Shown here one piece after another: positions 28,798 through 39,241 of a stretch of DNA of 64,000 nt. Each line of letters opens with the position of its first letter. Position 1 is the first letter of the stretch. This stretch comes from an uncultured Spirochaetota bacterium (GTDB lineage Bacteria; Spirochaetota; Spirochaetia; SZUA-6; CAVTHK01). Position numbers and translations under genes: made by a program. Below the pieces are notes generated by a model. The model saw nothing but the letters and a program-made list of their open reading frames with translations, was not told where the DNA came from and ran no database searches. Location of the stretch: contig CAVTHK010000007.1 of the NCBI GenBank assembly GCA_963734495.1, positions 1 through 64,000 on the forward strand, read 5' to 3'.

Positions 28798-31191
28798 TCA
28801 GGGCTCGATCGCCACCGCGAAGTCGCCGCCTTCCCACGCACCATCCTTCTCCCAGTGAAAGGTGAAGGTCACCGCGCCGCCCGGCTTCAGGGTCTCGGTG
28901 GGCAGGTCCAGGACGTGGAGGCCGAAGGCCGCTCCCTCCGTGTGATCGTCGTGTACCGTCGACCAGCCGTCGGCGCTCCAGCGCACGAGAGCGGCGGCCG
29001 GGACCTGCAGGCGCAGCGTCTTTCCGGCGGGGATCGAGCGGCACTTGTGGTTCAGGCGCCACACGCACAAGCGGCTGCCGACCCGCTGCTTCAGGTAGCG
29101 CTCCACGGTCTGCGGCGGCATGTCGAACACGGCGCCGTCCCGCAGCGAGCGCAGGAGCTTGACGTACTCGGCATGCGCCCACGCCAGCGGCATCGCCGAT
29201 CCGGAGGGCCGGCCGAGGAACAGCTCGCGCGACGGGATGTCGGGCGAATCCCAGACCTGCTCCGGCAGCATGCCTCCCTCGTTGGCGAAGGCCCCGAACG
29301 CTTTGAGCAGTCTCTTCGCCTCCGCCAGGTTGCCCGCGGCGATCTCGTAGTGCGCGCGCTCTCCCGCGAGCAGCGGCCAGGCCCGCCCCACTCCGGTCCC
29401 GTCGAACGGGGAGCCGTCCTCGTGCTCCCCGTATCCGTCGTCGTTGTACCGGTGCCACGCCGGGCCGAAGGGCGTCTCCACCTTGAGCAGCGCATCGATG
29501 ACCGCGACCGTGTCGCGGATTCGGGGGTCGTCCGGGGCGCGCAGCCCGAAGCGCACGAGCGCCAGCGCGTCGGGGCTGATGATCTCTGCCGCCGGCGCGG
29601 AGCTCGATCCGGGAGGGCGGTTCTTGACGGGCACGAACCCGCGCACGGGCGACGTGGCGTCGGCGGTCTCCGGGGGCGCCACGCGGATGTAGTACCCGCG
29701 GACCCCGAGCCGCCGCGCGAGCTCCGTTCCCTCGGCGTAGGTCCAGCGCTCCACCGAAGCGTTCCAGGCGTCGGCAGTCTCGCGCAGGTACCCGGCGGCG
29801 GCCTTCTCACCCATCAAATCCGCGTAATCCGCGGCGGCCAGCAGGGCCGCGATCTCCACGGCGAGGGTGAAGGGCGAGGTGCCGGGGTCCTCTTCCCACC
29901 GGTCCTGGTCGCTCACGGGGCCGCATCGTACCAGGTACGCGGCGGCTGATCGGACCATGGGCCAGAAGCGCTCGACCGCGACGCCCGAGATCACGTCCAT
30001 TCTCCGGGCCATGTCGGCGAGGAGGACCGGGAACCCGGTCTCGTCGAGCTGGATGCCGTGCCAGTAGGGGGAGCCTTCGATCCACATGTTCTGCGTCCAG
30101 TGGCCGTCGGCTTCCTGGGTGGCCTGCAGGTACTCGAGGATGCGGAAAGCGTCGGCGCGCGCGCCGGCAGCCAGGAGCGCACCCGCGACCTCGGCCAGGT
30201 CCCGCGGCCACACCAGGTGGTAGCCCCCGAGGTCGTCGTCGCTTTTTGAGGCACCCCAGGGGACGGAGAGGCTCGCGATCACGCCGCCGGGAAAATCCTT
30301 GGCCTCGTGAGTCCGGAGAACCGCGGCGCTGATCGCGTAGAGATCGTCGCCGTCCTCGCCGTCGAGGTCGCGGAGGGCGCCCCGCCACCCCGTCCAGGCT
30401 CTGACGTACGCCGCGCGCGCCGGGTCGAAGCCGGCCTCCAGGCTGATGCGGGCGTTCAGCCCCGCCTCCTCGGCGCTCCTGCCGAAGCCCACGGCGAGCA
30501 CGAGCTCTCCGCCGCTCGCGGCGAGGTCCAGCTCGCCCATCAGGGCGACGTTTCCGTTCTCCGCCCTGGTGAACTCCCATTCCATCCTGCGGTGCGCGTT
30601 CAGGTCCTGCCAGCCGTCGGAGCGGCCGACAAAGCCGGCCGAGCGCTTGAGAAAGGGCGTGCCGCACGCGAGAGCGAGCGCCGTCGCTCCCCGCGCCGCG
30701 AACAGCATCGTCATGCCCTTGAAGTCGCCCACCCACGCCGTGTTCCCCCAGCCGCGGTTGCCGATGTGCGGCGCCAGCAGCGCGTACAGATGGTAGTCTT
30801 CGAGCGATCCGCTGAGAGCGCTGAACCGGGTGCGCTGCAGCACGGTGCTGCGCAGCGGATCGCACAGGATCTCCTTCTCGATGCGGTAACGCCCCTGGCG
30901 GCACGTGTTGGTGAGGCGAAAGGCGGGCACGCCGGGGGCGAGGCGCTCGACGCGGCTCGCGGCCCCGCGCTTCTCCTCCGAGAAGAACCCCGCGTTGTCG
31001 GTCACCAGCAGGCCGAAGTCTCGGGTGCACGCCTGGTCGAGGTGAGGGTAGTAGATCTCGTTGAAGATGCCGTGACTGATGGTGAACCAGACCCGGCTCA
31101 CGGTGCCGAGCGCGGTCCCGACTCCCGTCTTCGCGCTCGAGGTCCAGCGCGGCTCGATGCCCGGAGCGCCGAATGCGAAGCTCTCGCTCAC
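28798..31191 (-). CDS. GH15 glucan 1,4-alpha-glucosidase (glucodextranase/glucoamylase type)
   Basis: GGYHLVWPRD, QLDE, DRWEE, RYNDDGYGE, LPEQVWD, PLAWAHAEY. Confidence 0.94.
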   Translation of the reverse strand: MSESFAFGAPGIEPRWTSSAKTGVGTALGTVSRVWFTISHGIFNEIYYPHLDQACTRDFGLLVTDNAGFFSEEKRGAASRVERLAPGVPAFRLTNTCRQGRYRIEKEILCDPLRSTVLQRTRFSALSGSLEDYHLYALLAPHIGNRGWGNTAWVGDFKGMTMLFAARGATALALACGTPFLKRSAGFVGRSDGWQDLNAHRRMEWEFTRAENGNVALMGELDLAASGGELVLAVGFGRSAEEAGLNARISLEAGFDPARAAYVRAWTGWRGALRDLDGEDGDDLYAISAAVLRTHEAKDFPGGVIASLSVPWGASKSDDDLGGYHLVWPRDLAEVAGALLAAGARADAFRILEYLQATQEADGHWTQNMWIEGSPYWHGIQLDETGFPVLLADMARRMDVISGVAVERFWPMVRSAAAYLVRCGPVSDQDRWEEDPGTSPFTLAVEIAALLAAADYADLMGEKAAAGYLRETADAWNASVERWTYAEGTELARRLGVRGYYIRVAPPETADATSPVRGFVPVKNRPPGSSSAPAAEIISPDALALVRFGLRAPDDPRIRDTVAVIDALLKVETPFGPAWHRYNDDGYGEHEDGSPFDGTGVGRAWPLLAGERAHYEIAAGNLAEAKRLLKAFGAFANEGGMLPEQVWDSPDIPSRELFLGRPSGSAMPLAWAHAEYVKLLRSLRDGAVFDMPPQTVERYLKQRVGSRLCVWRLNHKCRSIPAGKTLRLQVPAAALVRWSADGWSTVHDDHTEGAAFGLHVLDLPTETLKPGGAVTFTFHWEKDGAWEGGDFAVAIEP

Positions 31192-31219
31192 AACCTGCCC
31201 GCCGGTCGCGCGCCGCGCC

Positions 31220-32326
31220 TCATTCCCCCCACTCCACTACCACCTTGATGTCCTGCTCGCGTTCGGGGCCGAGCGCCTGCTGGAGCTCCTCGTAGCGATG
31301 GCGCCGCGTGATCAGCTTTTCCACGTGACCGCTCCAGCGCAAGCTCGCCTGCGACAGGTCGTCGACCGCCATCTGGAAGTGGTCGCGCGAAGCGTTGACG
31401 CTCCCCACCATCACCTGGTTAAAGAGCACCAGCTTGCGGATGAGCGCCGCCGCGGGGACCTGCGAAGGCCGCGTGCCCCCCGGGATCCCGGTGAGCACGT
31501 AGACGCCGCTCTCGCCGAGCGCGTCCAGGAGGTCAAAGGCGAGCGCAGGGATTCCCGTCGCCTCGAGGATCAGGTCCATCGGCCCGATCGCCTCGTCGAT
31601 GCGATCGGAAGCGACCTTGCGGCCGTCCACGTAGCGCCCGCCGATCTTTTCCAGCCAGAGCGGCCGGGCGCTGCCTTCATCTACTATGTCCAGTCCGTAG
31701 ACCTCCGCGCCGCGAAGCCGCAGCGCGGCGGACGCGAGCAGGCCGATGGGCCCCAGCCCCGCTACGAGGCACCGCCGGCCGTGCAGCCAGTCGGGGGTGG
31801 CGAGCGCGTCGGGGCGGCGGCAGATCTCGAGCCGCACCGCCTCCTCGATGGCCTTCTCCACGACGGAAAGCGGCTCCACGAGCACGCCGACGCCTTCCAG
31901 CTCGGCGGGGACCCGGACAACGTTGTCCTCGTGATCAACGACGAAAGCGCACTGGTAGCCGTCCAGGCCCCAGATCCCGCGCTCCCGGTAATCGCCGGTG
32001 GTGCACATGTCGGGCCGATTGAGGCCGCAGGAAAGGCAGCGTCCGCAGCCGCGGCGCACGGTAAAGACGGCCAGGTCTCCCGTGCGCACCCTGCGCACGG
32101 CGTCGCCCGCCTCCACGACGCGGCCGAGCATCTCGTGGCCGATCACGAGCTCGGCCCGGCCGTCGGGCGCCAGCGCCCGGCCGCCCGCGGCCTCCTCCCG
32201 ATCGGTGCCGCAGACTCCGACGCGAACGACCTGCACCTTGATCTCGCGATCGGACGCGATCGCGGGCTCGTCTCGCTCCACGATCCGAAGGTCCTTCCGG
32301 CCGGGAGTCAGCGCGATCGCCTTCAA
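31220..32326 (-). CDS. Zn-dependent glucose 1-dehydrogenase (MDR family)
   Basis: TTG start behind AGGAGG; GVCGTDRE, GHE, VRRGCGRCLSC, ERGIWGLDG, GSVNA. Confidence 0.9.
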   Translation of the reverse strand: MKAIALTPGRKDLRIVERDEPAIASDREIKVQVVRVGVCGTDREEAAGGRALAPDGRAELVIGHEMLGRVVEAGDAVRRVRTGDLAVFTVRRGCGRCLSCGLNRPDMCTTGDYRERGIWGLDGYQCAFVVDHEDNVVRVPAELEGVGVLVEPLSVVEKAIEEAVRLEICRRPDALATPDWLHGRRCLVAGLGPIGLLASAALRLRGAEVYGLDIVDEGSARPLWLEKIGGRYVDGRKVASDRIDEAIGPMDLILEATGIPALAFDLLDALGESGVYVLTGIPGGTRPSQVPAAALIRKLVLFNQVMVGSVNASRDHFQMAVDDLSQASLRWSGHVEKLITRRHRYEELQQALGPEREQDIKVVVEWGE

Positions 32327-32334
32327 TATGCCTC

Positions 32335-33435
32335 CTAGAGATGCCCCGTGATGAGCCCGCCGACCAGGTAGCCGATCACGGCCACGCCGAGCCCGACCAG
32401 GAACATGTCGTACGCCGCTGCGAATGATGCCGCGGCCGGTGAACAGGCTGCGTGCCGCGCCCACGGCAAAGTGAGCCAGCATGCTGATGGAGAACGCGGT
32501 CCAGATGACGGCCGGGCCCGTGCCAAAGACGAAGGGGATGACGGGGATAAAGGCCCCCACCGCCGTGGAAACGCCCGTCGTGATGCCTTCGCGCATCGGC
32601 GACGCGCTCGCCGCCCGCTATGCCGAGCTCCTCGCGGGCTTTTTCCTGCAGGGCAATCGCGGGATCGGCCATCACCTGGGTGGCGGCGCGGCGGGCCGCT
32701 TCGGCCGGCATGCCCTTGGCCTCGTAGAGCAGAGCGAGCTCCTCGGTCTCCACCTCGGGCATCAGCTCTATCTCCTCGCGCTCCATTGCGATCTCGTGCT
32801 GCCAGACTTCCTGCTCGCTCTTGGCGGCCAGGAAGCCGCTGCCGCCCATCGAGAGCGAATCCGCGACGATTCCGGAGATGCCCGAAAGCAGCACGTACTG
32901 CGGCGTGGCCTGCGCGCCGAGGATGCCCATCACGAGGCCGAAGTTGGCTGTGAGCCCGTCGTTGAAGCCGTAGATGACGTTGCGCAGGAACCCGCCCGAC
33001 CTGCTGTTGTGCCACGGCTCCGCCGTGTTCCCCTTGAGCTCGCTCAGGACCTGCGCGTGGCTCGCCTCGTCCCGCGCGATGCCGCGGAGCGACCTGCCGA
33101 CCTCGGCCGACGAATCCGCGCGGCCCTCCCGCGGGTAGTTGCGCACCTCCCGCGACTCGTCGGCGACGCGGAGGCCGAGCACGAGGCGCGCGTTCCCGTG
33201 ACGGGCGAGCCAGGCCATCAGCCGGATGCGGAGCCCCGGACGCCACTCAGCGACCGACTCGCCGCGCTTCGCGCAGCATCGCGAGAAAGGTCGCCTGGTG
33301 CTTGAGCTCCGCCGCGGCCAGCCGCTCGTAGATGCTCCTGCGGCCCTCGTCTTTCTCGCGGGCCGCGAGCGCCTTGTAGATGAAGGCGGACTCGCCCTCG
33401 TCCTGCCAGTGGGTCCTGAGCGTCTTTGTGTCCAT
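32335..33435 (-). CDS. Rubrerythrin-like N-domain fused to VIT1/CCC1 iron transporter; frameshifts near 33275, 32600 and 32415
   Basis: DEGES, AAAELKH and ARDEASH ExxH motifs; RNVIYGFNDGL, SMGGSGFLAAKSE, GAFIPVIPF. Confidence 0.9.
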
Positions 33436-33632
33436 GCCGGCGTCCCCGGGGTAAACGGTACGTACCGCGACCCCCTGCCGTCAACGTCGCGGCGCGGAGA
33501 TCGCGGGAGGGCCGCGGGGAGGGCCGCGCGAGGCCGCGACCGCGAGGGCCGCGAGCCGCCGGGACATACCTCTCCCCCGCCGCCTCCCACGCGGCCTCGC
33601 AACAAGTTCCGTTGATGCGCGCTGCTAGGACT

Positions 33633-33950
33633 CTAGTAGCGGTCGCGGTCGTATCCGCCGCCGCCGCCGCTGCGGGGCGGTCGATCCCTTCCGCCCCCCC
33701 CGGTGCGCTCCTTGGCTTCGCTCACCTTGAGCTGCCGCCCGCCGAGCTCATGCCCGTCGAGGGCGGTGATGGCCGCCCGCGCGGCGTCTTCGCTGCCCAT
33801 CTCGACAAAGCCGAACCCCCGCGACTGGCCGCTCATGCGGTCGCTCACGATGGCCGCTGACTCCACCTTGCCGTAGGTGGCGAACGTCTGGCGCAGCTCG
33901 TCCTCGGTCGTCGAGAAGCTCAGGTTCCCGACATAGATCTTCTTGTTCAC
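33633..33950 (-). CDS. RRM-domain RNA-binding protein
   Basis: KIYVGNL (RNP2), RGFGFVEM (RNP1), Gly/Arg tail. Confidence 0.96.
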   Translation of the reverse strand: MNKKIYVGNLSFSTTEDELRQTFATYGKVESAAIVSDRMSGQSRGFGFVEMGSEDAARAAITALDGHELGGRQLKVSEAKERTGGGGRDRPPRSGGGGGYDRDRY

Positions 33951-33984
33951 AACTCTCTCCCCTTGCGCTCTTCGAGCGCTGTCC

Positions 33985-34158
33985 TTACTTGCGGTCGATT
34001 CCGACCACGGTGAAATTGTCGCCGTAGCAGGACCGCGCGATCTTGTCCAGCTTCTTCTCGGCGCCGCTGCGGGAAAATGCGAAGACCTTGATCTTCATGT
34101 CGCTCGTTTGCCCGGTCAGCTGCCGCTCTGTGGTCAGCGTCATGACCCACGTACCCAT
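33985..34158 (-). CDS. Small hypothetical protein (57 aa)
   Basis: MGTWVMTLTTERQ...GIDRK; host-like codon bias; GAGG before the ATG. Confidence 0.6.
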   Translation of the reverse strand: MGTWVMTLTTERQLTGQTSDMKIKVFAFSRSGAEKKLDKIARSCYGDNFTVVGIDRK

Positions 34159-34246
34159 GGTGCCCTCGTTCTGGCGTGATGCCTTCGAGCTCGCCGCCGG
34201 CGATGCGGCGGAGCGCATAGCAGAAACCGGACGGATCGGTCGCCGC

Positions 34247-34612
34247 TCAACTGTCCGCGCCCGCAGCCCTGAGCATGCTCTCTATTGCCCGGTTTCCCCT
34301 CTCGACGGCGAACTGCAGGGCCGTCTGCCCGTACTTCGCTCTTGCGTGGACATCGGCGCCCGCCTGGAGGAGGGCGGCCACGACGTCCGGGTAGCCGCCG
34401 ACAACGGAAAGCATCAAGGGCGTGCGATCAAAGGCGTCCTTGGCGTCGACGCTCGCGCCTTTTGCGAGCAGCGATTCGACCTGCCGGACCTTGCCTTCTT
34501 CTGTCGCTTTGAGGAGCGCCAGGTTGACGTCGCCTTTTGAGCACGACGAAACGAATGCGGCGACGATGACCGCGATGGCAGCGATCGTCGCGCGGGTCAA
34601 GCTGATGTGCAT
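34247..34612 (-). CDS. Ankyrin-repeat lipoprotein (stand-alone)
   Basis: Lipobox FVSSC; RTPLMLS, GQTALQFA; AAGGAG RBS and TATACT -10. Confidence 0.9.
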   Translation of the reverse strand: MHISLTRATIAAIAVIVAAFVSSCSKGDVNLALLKATEEGKVRQVESLLAKGASVDAKDAFDRTPLMLSVVGGYPDVVAALLQAGADVHARAKYGQTALQFAVERGNRAIESMLRAAGADS

Positions 34613-34686
34613 CGTGCGCTCCTTTGCGTGAGTATACACTGCAATCCGCCTAATAGAAAGCGAGCCGCCGGGCCTCGCCGGCCTCG

Positions 34687-36422
34687 TCAGCCAAGCGCGC
34701 GCAGGGCCGCCAGCCAGCGCCGGCACTGCAGCGAAAACTCCCGGAACGCCCGCGCCGCCTGCTCCTGCACGTCCGCGCTCAGGGCGCGGTAGCGGCGCCG
34801 CGCTCGCATGAGGGCGCGCACTATGCTCCTGCGCAGGCCGCGGGCGAGTCGGGCGCGGCCGCTGCCGATCACGCGCGCCACCCTTCCGCCGAGCGCGAGC
34901 GCCGCGCGGGCGAGCAGCGCGGCCAGCGCCTCCGCTTCGAGGATGCGCCGCGTGATGGCGAAAAAGTGGTAGCCCTTGATCGCGAGGGCGACCGCGTCCG
35001 GGAACTGCCGGGGCCGATGCGATCAGAACGCCTCCCAGAAAGCGCAGGTACGCCCCGCCGTAGCGCGAGAAGCCCTGCCTCAGGAGCGACAGAAGCAGCG
35101 CCCTGATGCTCGACCAGGTCACCCGCTGCACGACCCTGGTCGTGGGGGGCAGGCGCCGCATGAGCTCGACGCAGCGCTCGAAATAGCGGGCCGGCTCGTA
35201 GACCTCCGCGAGCACTCTCTTGTAGCCGGCGATCAAGGTCTCCGCGGGCATCCGCGTGACAAAGCTGAGCTTGAGGTCGTGGGTGTTGTTTCCGCTCGAG
35301 TCCTCGAGGAGGCGCCCCTCGGCGGCGAGACGCCTGTGCAGGCGCGTGCCCGGGAGCGCCGTGAGCAGGCCGACCATCGCGGTCGGGATCGCCGCCTCCT
35401 GGATGAGCCTGACCTGCCGCTCGAAGATGTCGGGAGGGTCGGTGTCGAAGCCGACGATGAACCCGCCGGTCACCTCCATCCCGTGGCGCTGGATCGCTCG
35501 TATGCTGTCGAGCGCCGAAGCCTTGAGGTTCTGCCGCTTCCCGGTAAAGGCGAGCGTGGCTTCGTCCGGGGTCTCGATCCCCACGAACACCATCGTGAAG
35601 GCAGCCGCCTCCATCAGCGCCAGCAGCTCCGCGTCCTGCGCCAGGTCGATGCTCGCCTCCGTGGAGAACGTGAAAGGGAACCCGTGCGCCTGCTGCCACT
35701 CGACGACCGCGCGCAGGAGGTCCCGGGTCTTTCTCCTGTTGCCGACGAAATTGTCGTCGACGACAAAGACGTGCCCGCGGAACCCCGCGTCGTAGACCGT
35801 CTCCAGCTCGCCGGCGAACTGCTCGCGGGCTCTTGGTCCGCTGAACGCGGCCGAAAAGCTCGATGATGTCGCAGAACTCGCAATCGTACGGGCAGCCCCT
35901 GGAGTACTGCAGGGGCATGCTGTCGTACGCGCTGAGGTCGACGAGGTCGAAGCGCGGCGCAGGCGTGCGCGTGATGTCGGCGCGCCCGCGATCGCGGTAG
36001 ACGCGCCTCGCCCGGCCGCCCTCGAGGTCGGCGAGCAGCCGCGGCAGGGTCAGCTCCGCTTCGCCGAGGACAAAGACGTCCACGCCGCTGATGCGCTCGT
36101 GAGACGTCGTCGGGTACGGGCCCCCGGCGACGACGGGCGTGTCGCATTCGTTGCAGAGCCGCACCACGTCCTCGAACGAGCTCTTCTGCGCGATCATCGC
36201 AGAGACGAAGACGACGTCGGCCGACTCCACGTCCTCGCGCGGCAGGGGTGCGACGTTGAGGTCGACGAGCCTGACGTCGTAGTCGTCAGGGAGCATGCCG
36301 GCCACGGTCAGCAGGCCGAGGGGCGGGAGCGATGCGCGCTTGCCGATAAACGGCAGCGCGTGGCTGAAGCTCCAGTAAGTGTCGGGGAACTTGGGATAGA
36401 CCATCAGGACTCTGGTGCTCAT
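34687..36422 (-). CDS. B12-binding radical SAM protein with DUF4070-like C-terminus; frameshifts near 35825 and 35010
   Basis: PPLGLLTVA, GGPY, SRGCPYDCEFC, GIETP, GFIVGFD. Confidence 0.9.
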
Positions 36423-36545
36423 GGGCGGCTCCCTGCACCTGGTCACCGGTCAAGCGGGAACGAATCCGGTACGGTGAACAGCGTGTAACCAGAGAGACCC
36501 CTGACACCGGGAGAAGGTTGCGTTGTTCCGCGGGGAGGCCCGGTC

Positions 36546-37775
36546 TCAGTCCTGACCGGCTATGCGCCGCAGCGCGGCGATCAGCCGCGACACCTCTTCG
36601 GGGGTGTTGTAGTGCACCGCGCCGATGCGCACCATTCCGCCGGACGACTCGACGCCGAGCCGCTTCGTGACCTCGAGGGCGTAGTAGTTCCCGTGCCAGG
36701 CGTTGATGCCTTCGCGATCGAGCTCTTCGCAGACGGCGAGCGGAGTCTTCCCCTCAATGGTGAAGGCGAAGGTAGGCACCCGGCCGCCCGCGTCCCCGCT
36801 CGGCCCGTACAGCTTGAGGGCCGGGATGGCGGCGAGCCCGGCGAGCAGCATGGCGCTGTGCTCCTGCTCCGAGGAGCGGATCGCGTTCATCGCAGCCGCG
36901 AGCGCGTCGCGCCGGTCGCCCCGCGCGCCGCAGAGCTCCCTCCCCACCCAGGCGAGATACTCGACCGCTCCGAGCACGCCGGCCAGCGATTCGAAGCTCT
37001 GGGTGCCCGTTTCCCACCGGTCGGGCGGCCTGTCGGCCGCGGGTCGCACCTTGTACGGCACCAGGCGCTCCAGCAGCTCGTGCCTGCCGTAGAGAACGCC
37101 GGTGTGAGGCCCGAAGAACTTGTACGCCGAGCAGGCGAGAAAGTCGCAGCCCAGGGCGCGCACGTCGATCGGCCCGTGCGGCGCATAGTGGACGGCGTCC
37201 ACAAAGCAGAGCGCGCCGGCCTCGTGGGCGGCCGCGACCGCTTCGGCCACGGGGTTGACGGTGCCCACGGCGTTCGACGCATACCCGACGGCGACCAGGC
37301 GCGTCCGCTTCGACACGATCCGGCGCAGGTCCGCCGCGGTCCACGCGCAGGTGCGCAGGTCGAAGTCCAGCCATTTCACCGTGCAGCCGCGCTCCTCGGC
37401 GATCAGCAGCCAGGGCGCGACGTTCGCGTCGTGGTCGAGGCGCGTCACCACGATCTCGTCGCCCTGTCGCAGCTCGCGCGCTATGCTCCGCGACAGGTGC
37501 AGCGTGAGCGAGGTCATGTTCTGGCCGAACACGATCTCCTCGGGCCTCGCCGCCCCCAGCAGGTCGGCCATCGCGCCGCGCGCCTCCAGGACCGAGGCGT
37601 CCGACGCGCGGCCGGTCCGGAACGCGCCGCCGTGGTTGGCGTTCATCGTGAGCAGGTAGTCCCGCATCCGATCGAGCGCCTCGCGGCAGATCTGCGTGCC
37701 CGCGGGGTTGTCGAAGAACGTCGTCCCCGAATCGAGCGCGGGAAAGTGGGACCTGACGACTGCCGCTTCAATCAT
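36546..37775 (-). CDS. Cysteine desulfurase-like PLP enzyme (class V aminotransferase)
   Basis: FDNPAGTQ, LDHDANV, DAVHYAPH, SAYKFFGPH, ETGT, GNYYA. Confidence 0.92.
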   Translation of the reverse strand: MIEAAVVRSHFPALDSGTTFFDNPAGTQICREALDRMRDYLLTMNANHGGAFRTGRASDASVLEARGAMADLLGAARPEEIVFGQNMTSLTLHLSRSIARELRQGDEIVVTRLDHDANVAPWLLIAEERGCTVKWLDFDLRTCAWTAADLRRIVSKRTRLVAVGYASNAVGTVNPVAEAVAAAHEAGALCFVDAVHYAPHGPIDVRALGCDFLACSAYKFFGPHTGVLYGRHELLERLVPYKVRPAADRPPDRWETGTQSFESLAGVLGAVEYLAWVGRELCGARGDRRDALAAAMNAIRSSEQEHSAMLLAGLAAIPALKLYGPSGDAGGRVPTFAFTIEGKTPLAVCEELDREGINAWHGNYYALEVTKRLGVESSGGMVRIGAVHYNTPEEVSRLIAALRRIAGQD

Positions 37776-37871
37776 CGCGGGCCTCCTCGCTGCGGGGCCG
37801 CCCGACGATGCGCCCCGCGGGAGGTGCAAAGCCCCTGAGGGCAGGGCTCCTCCCGCGGGACGCCGGTCGAG

Positions 37872-39200
37872 CTACTCTTTGCCGTACTCTTCGATGAACC
37901 TCGGGTTGGCCTTGAGCAGCCTCTGGTGCTGGCTCTCCCACTCGTTCAGGACGTTGTCGAGCGGCTCGCCGAGGAACCACTTCTGGGTGACTTCCTTCAT
38001 CACGTCCTTGATTCCGGGGATCCAGACGAGGTCGGCGTGCCCTACCTTGCGGTTGCCGTTGAACCAGGTCAGGCACGGGTCGAGGCACTTGTCGGGCATG
38101 ATGTCGACGCCCTTGTAGGTCGAGATGATGCCGCCCTCCCTGACCATGATCTCGCCGCTCTCCTTCTTCACGAAGTTCGTCATGAAGGCGCGGACCGCGT
38201 CGAGGCTCTTGACCGGCTTGCTGATGCTCACGGCCTGCGTGAGGCCGACGTTGAACCAGCGGTCCTCGGGCTTGTCCTGCAGGACGGTCGGGATGATGAC
38301 GAAGTCGAAGTCGGGGCCGGCGAGCTCGCGGATGCGCACCACCGTCGAGCCGTGAGCGACCCAGAAGACGCCGTCGCCCCGGATGAAGCGCTTGATCGCC
38401 TCGTCGTTGTCGACGCCCAGGGCATCGGGCGACATGTACTCGCGGAGCTTCGCGAACTTCGTGAACATCTCGCGGATGAAGGCGTCGTTGAAGTGCCGCT
38501 TGCCCTCCAGCATCTCCTTGTAGTACCCGGGGTTGTTGGCGAGCACGACGGTGGCGAGGTACTGGAAGTCGAACTGCGAGACGTTGTTGACGTCCTTGCC
38601 CGCGATGATCATCGGGTACTTGAGACCCTTGTCGCGCACGGCCTTCGCGGCTTCGAGCAGCTGCGGGAAGCTCTCGGGCCACTTGATGTCGCCGTACTTC
38701 TTGAGCGCTTCGCGGTTGATAAAGAGCCCCGTGTTCTCGTAGTTGATGGGGAATCCGTAGACCCGGCCCTTGTACGAGTTGAAGGGAAGGTCCTCTTTCT
38801 TCGCCTGCGACATGAACGGCTCGTCGGTCATGTCGTAGATGAGCCCGGCCGAAGCGAACTCGCGCACGCGGTTGCCGCCCTGGAACCGGTAGAGATCGGG
38901 CTGCTCGCCGGCCGCGAACCTGGCCTTGAGGGCCGTGATGAACTCCGCGGTCCCCGCCACCGAAGTCACCTCGACCTTGGCCTTCGGGTTCTCCTTGAGA
39001 AACTGGTCGATGACCTTCTGCTCGGCCTGCAGGCCCTTGCCCGTCGCCGAAGTCAGGAACCGCAGCGTGATCGGTCCCACGCCTGCGCCGGTCTTTGCGG
39101 CCGCGGGCGCCTGCCCGCTCGCCGACACGATGCCGGTGGGCAGCAGGATCAGCGCCGCAAGAGCGCAGACCAGCACCGCCGTCTTCCTTCCTCTGAACAT
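37872..39200 (-). CDS. Carbohydrate ABC transporter substrate-binding protein
   Basis: Signal peptide and SBP family 1 pattern (FLKENP, QPDL, YKGRVYGFP, FIRGD); AGGAGG RBS. Confidence 0.9.
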   Translation of the reverse strand: MFRGRKTAVLVCALAALILLPTGIVSASGQAPAAAKTGAGVGPITLRFLTSATGKGLQAEQKVIDQFLKENPKAKVEVTSVAGTAEFITALKARFAAGEQPDLYRFQGGNRVREFASAGLIYDMTDEPFMSQAKKEDLPFNSYKGRVYGFPINYENTGLFINREALKKYGDIKWPESFPQLLEAAKAVRDKGLKYPMIIAGKDVNNVSQFDFQYLATVVLANNPGYYKEMLEGKRHFNDAFIREMFTKFAKLREYMSPDALGVDNDEAIKRFIRGDGVFWVAHGSTVVRIRELAGPDFDFVIIPTVLQDKPEDRWFNVGLTQAVSISKPVKSLDAVRAFMTNFVKKESGEIMVREGGIISTYKGVDIMPDKCLDPCLTWFNGNRKVGHADLVWIPGIKDVMKEVTQKWFLGEPLDNVLNEWESQHQRLLKANPRFIEEYGKE

Positions 39201-39241
39201 GTCTCCTCCTATGCGTGGCCTCAAGGGCCTCATGCACGTTC

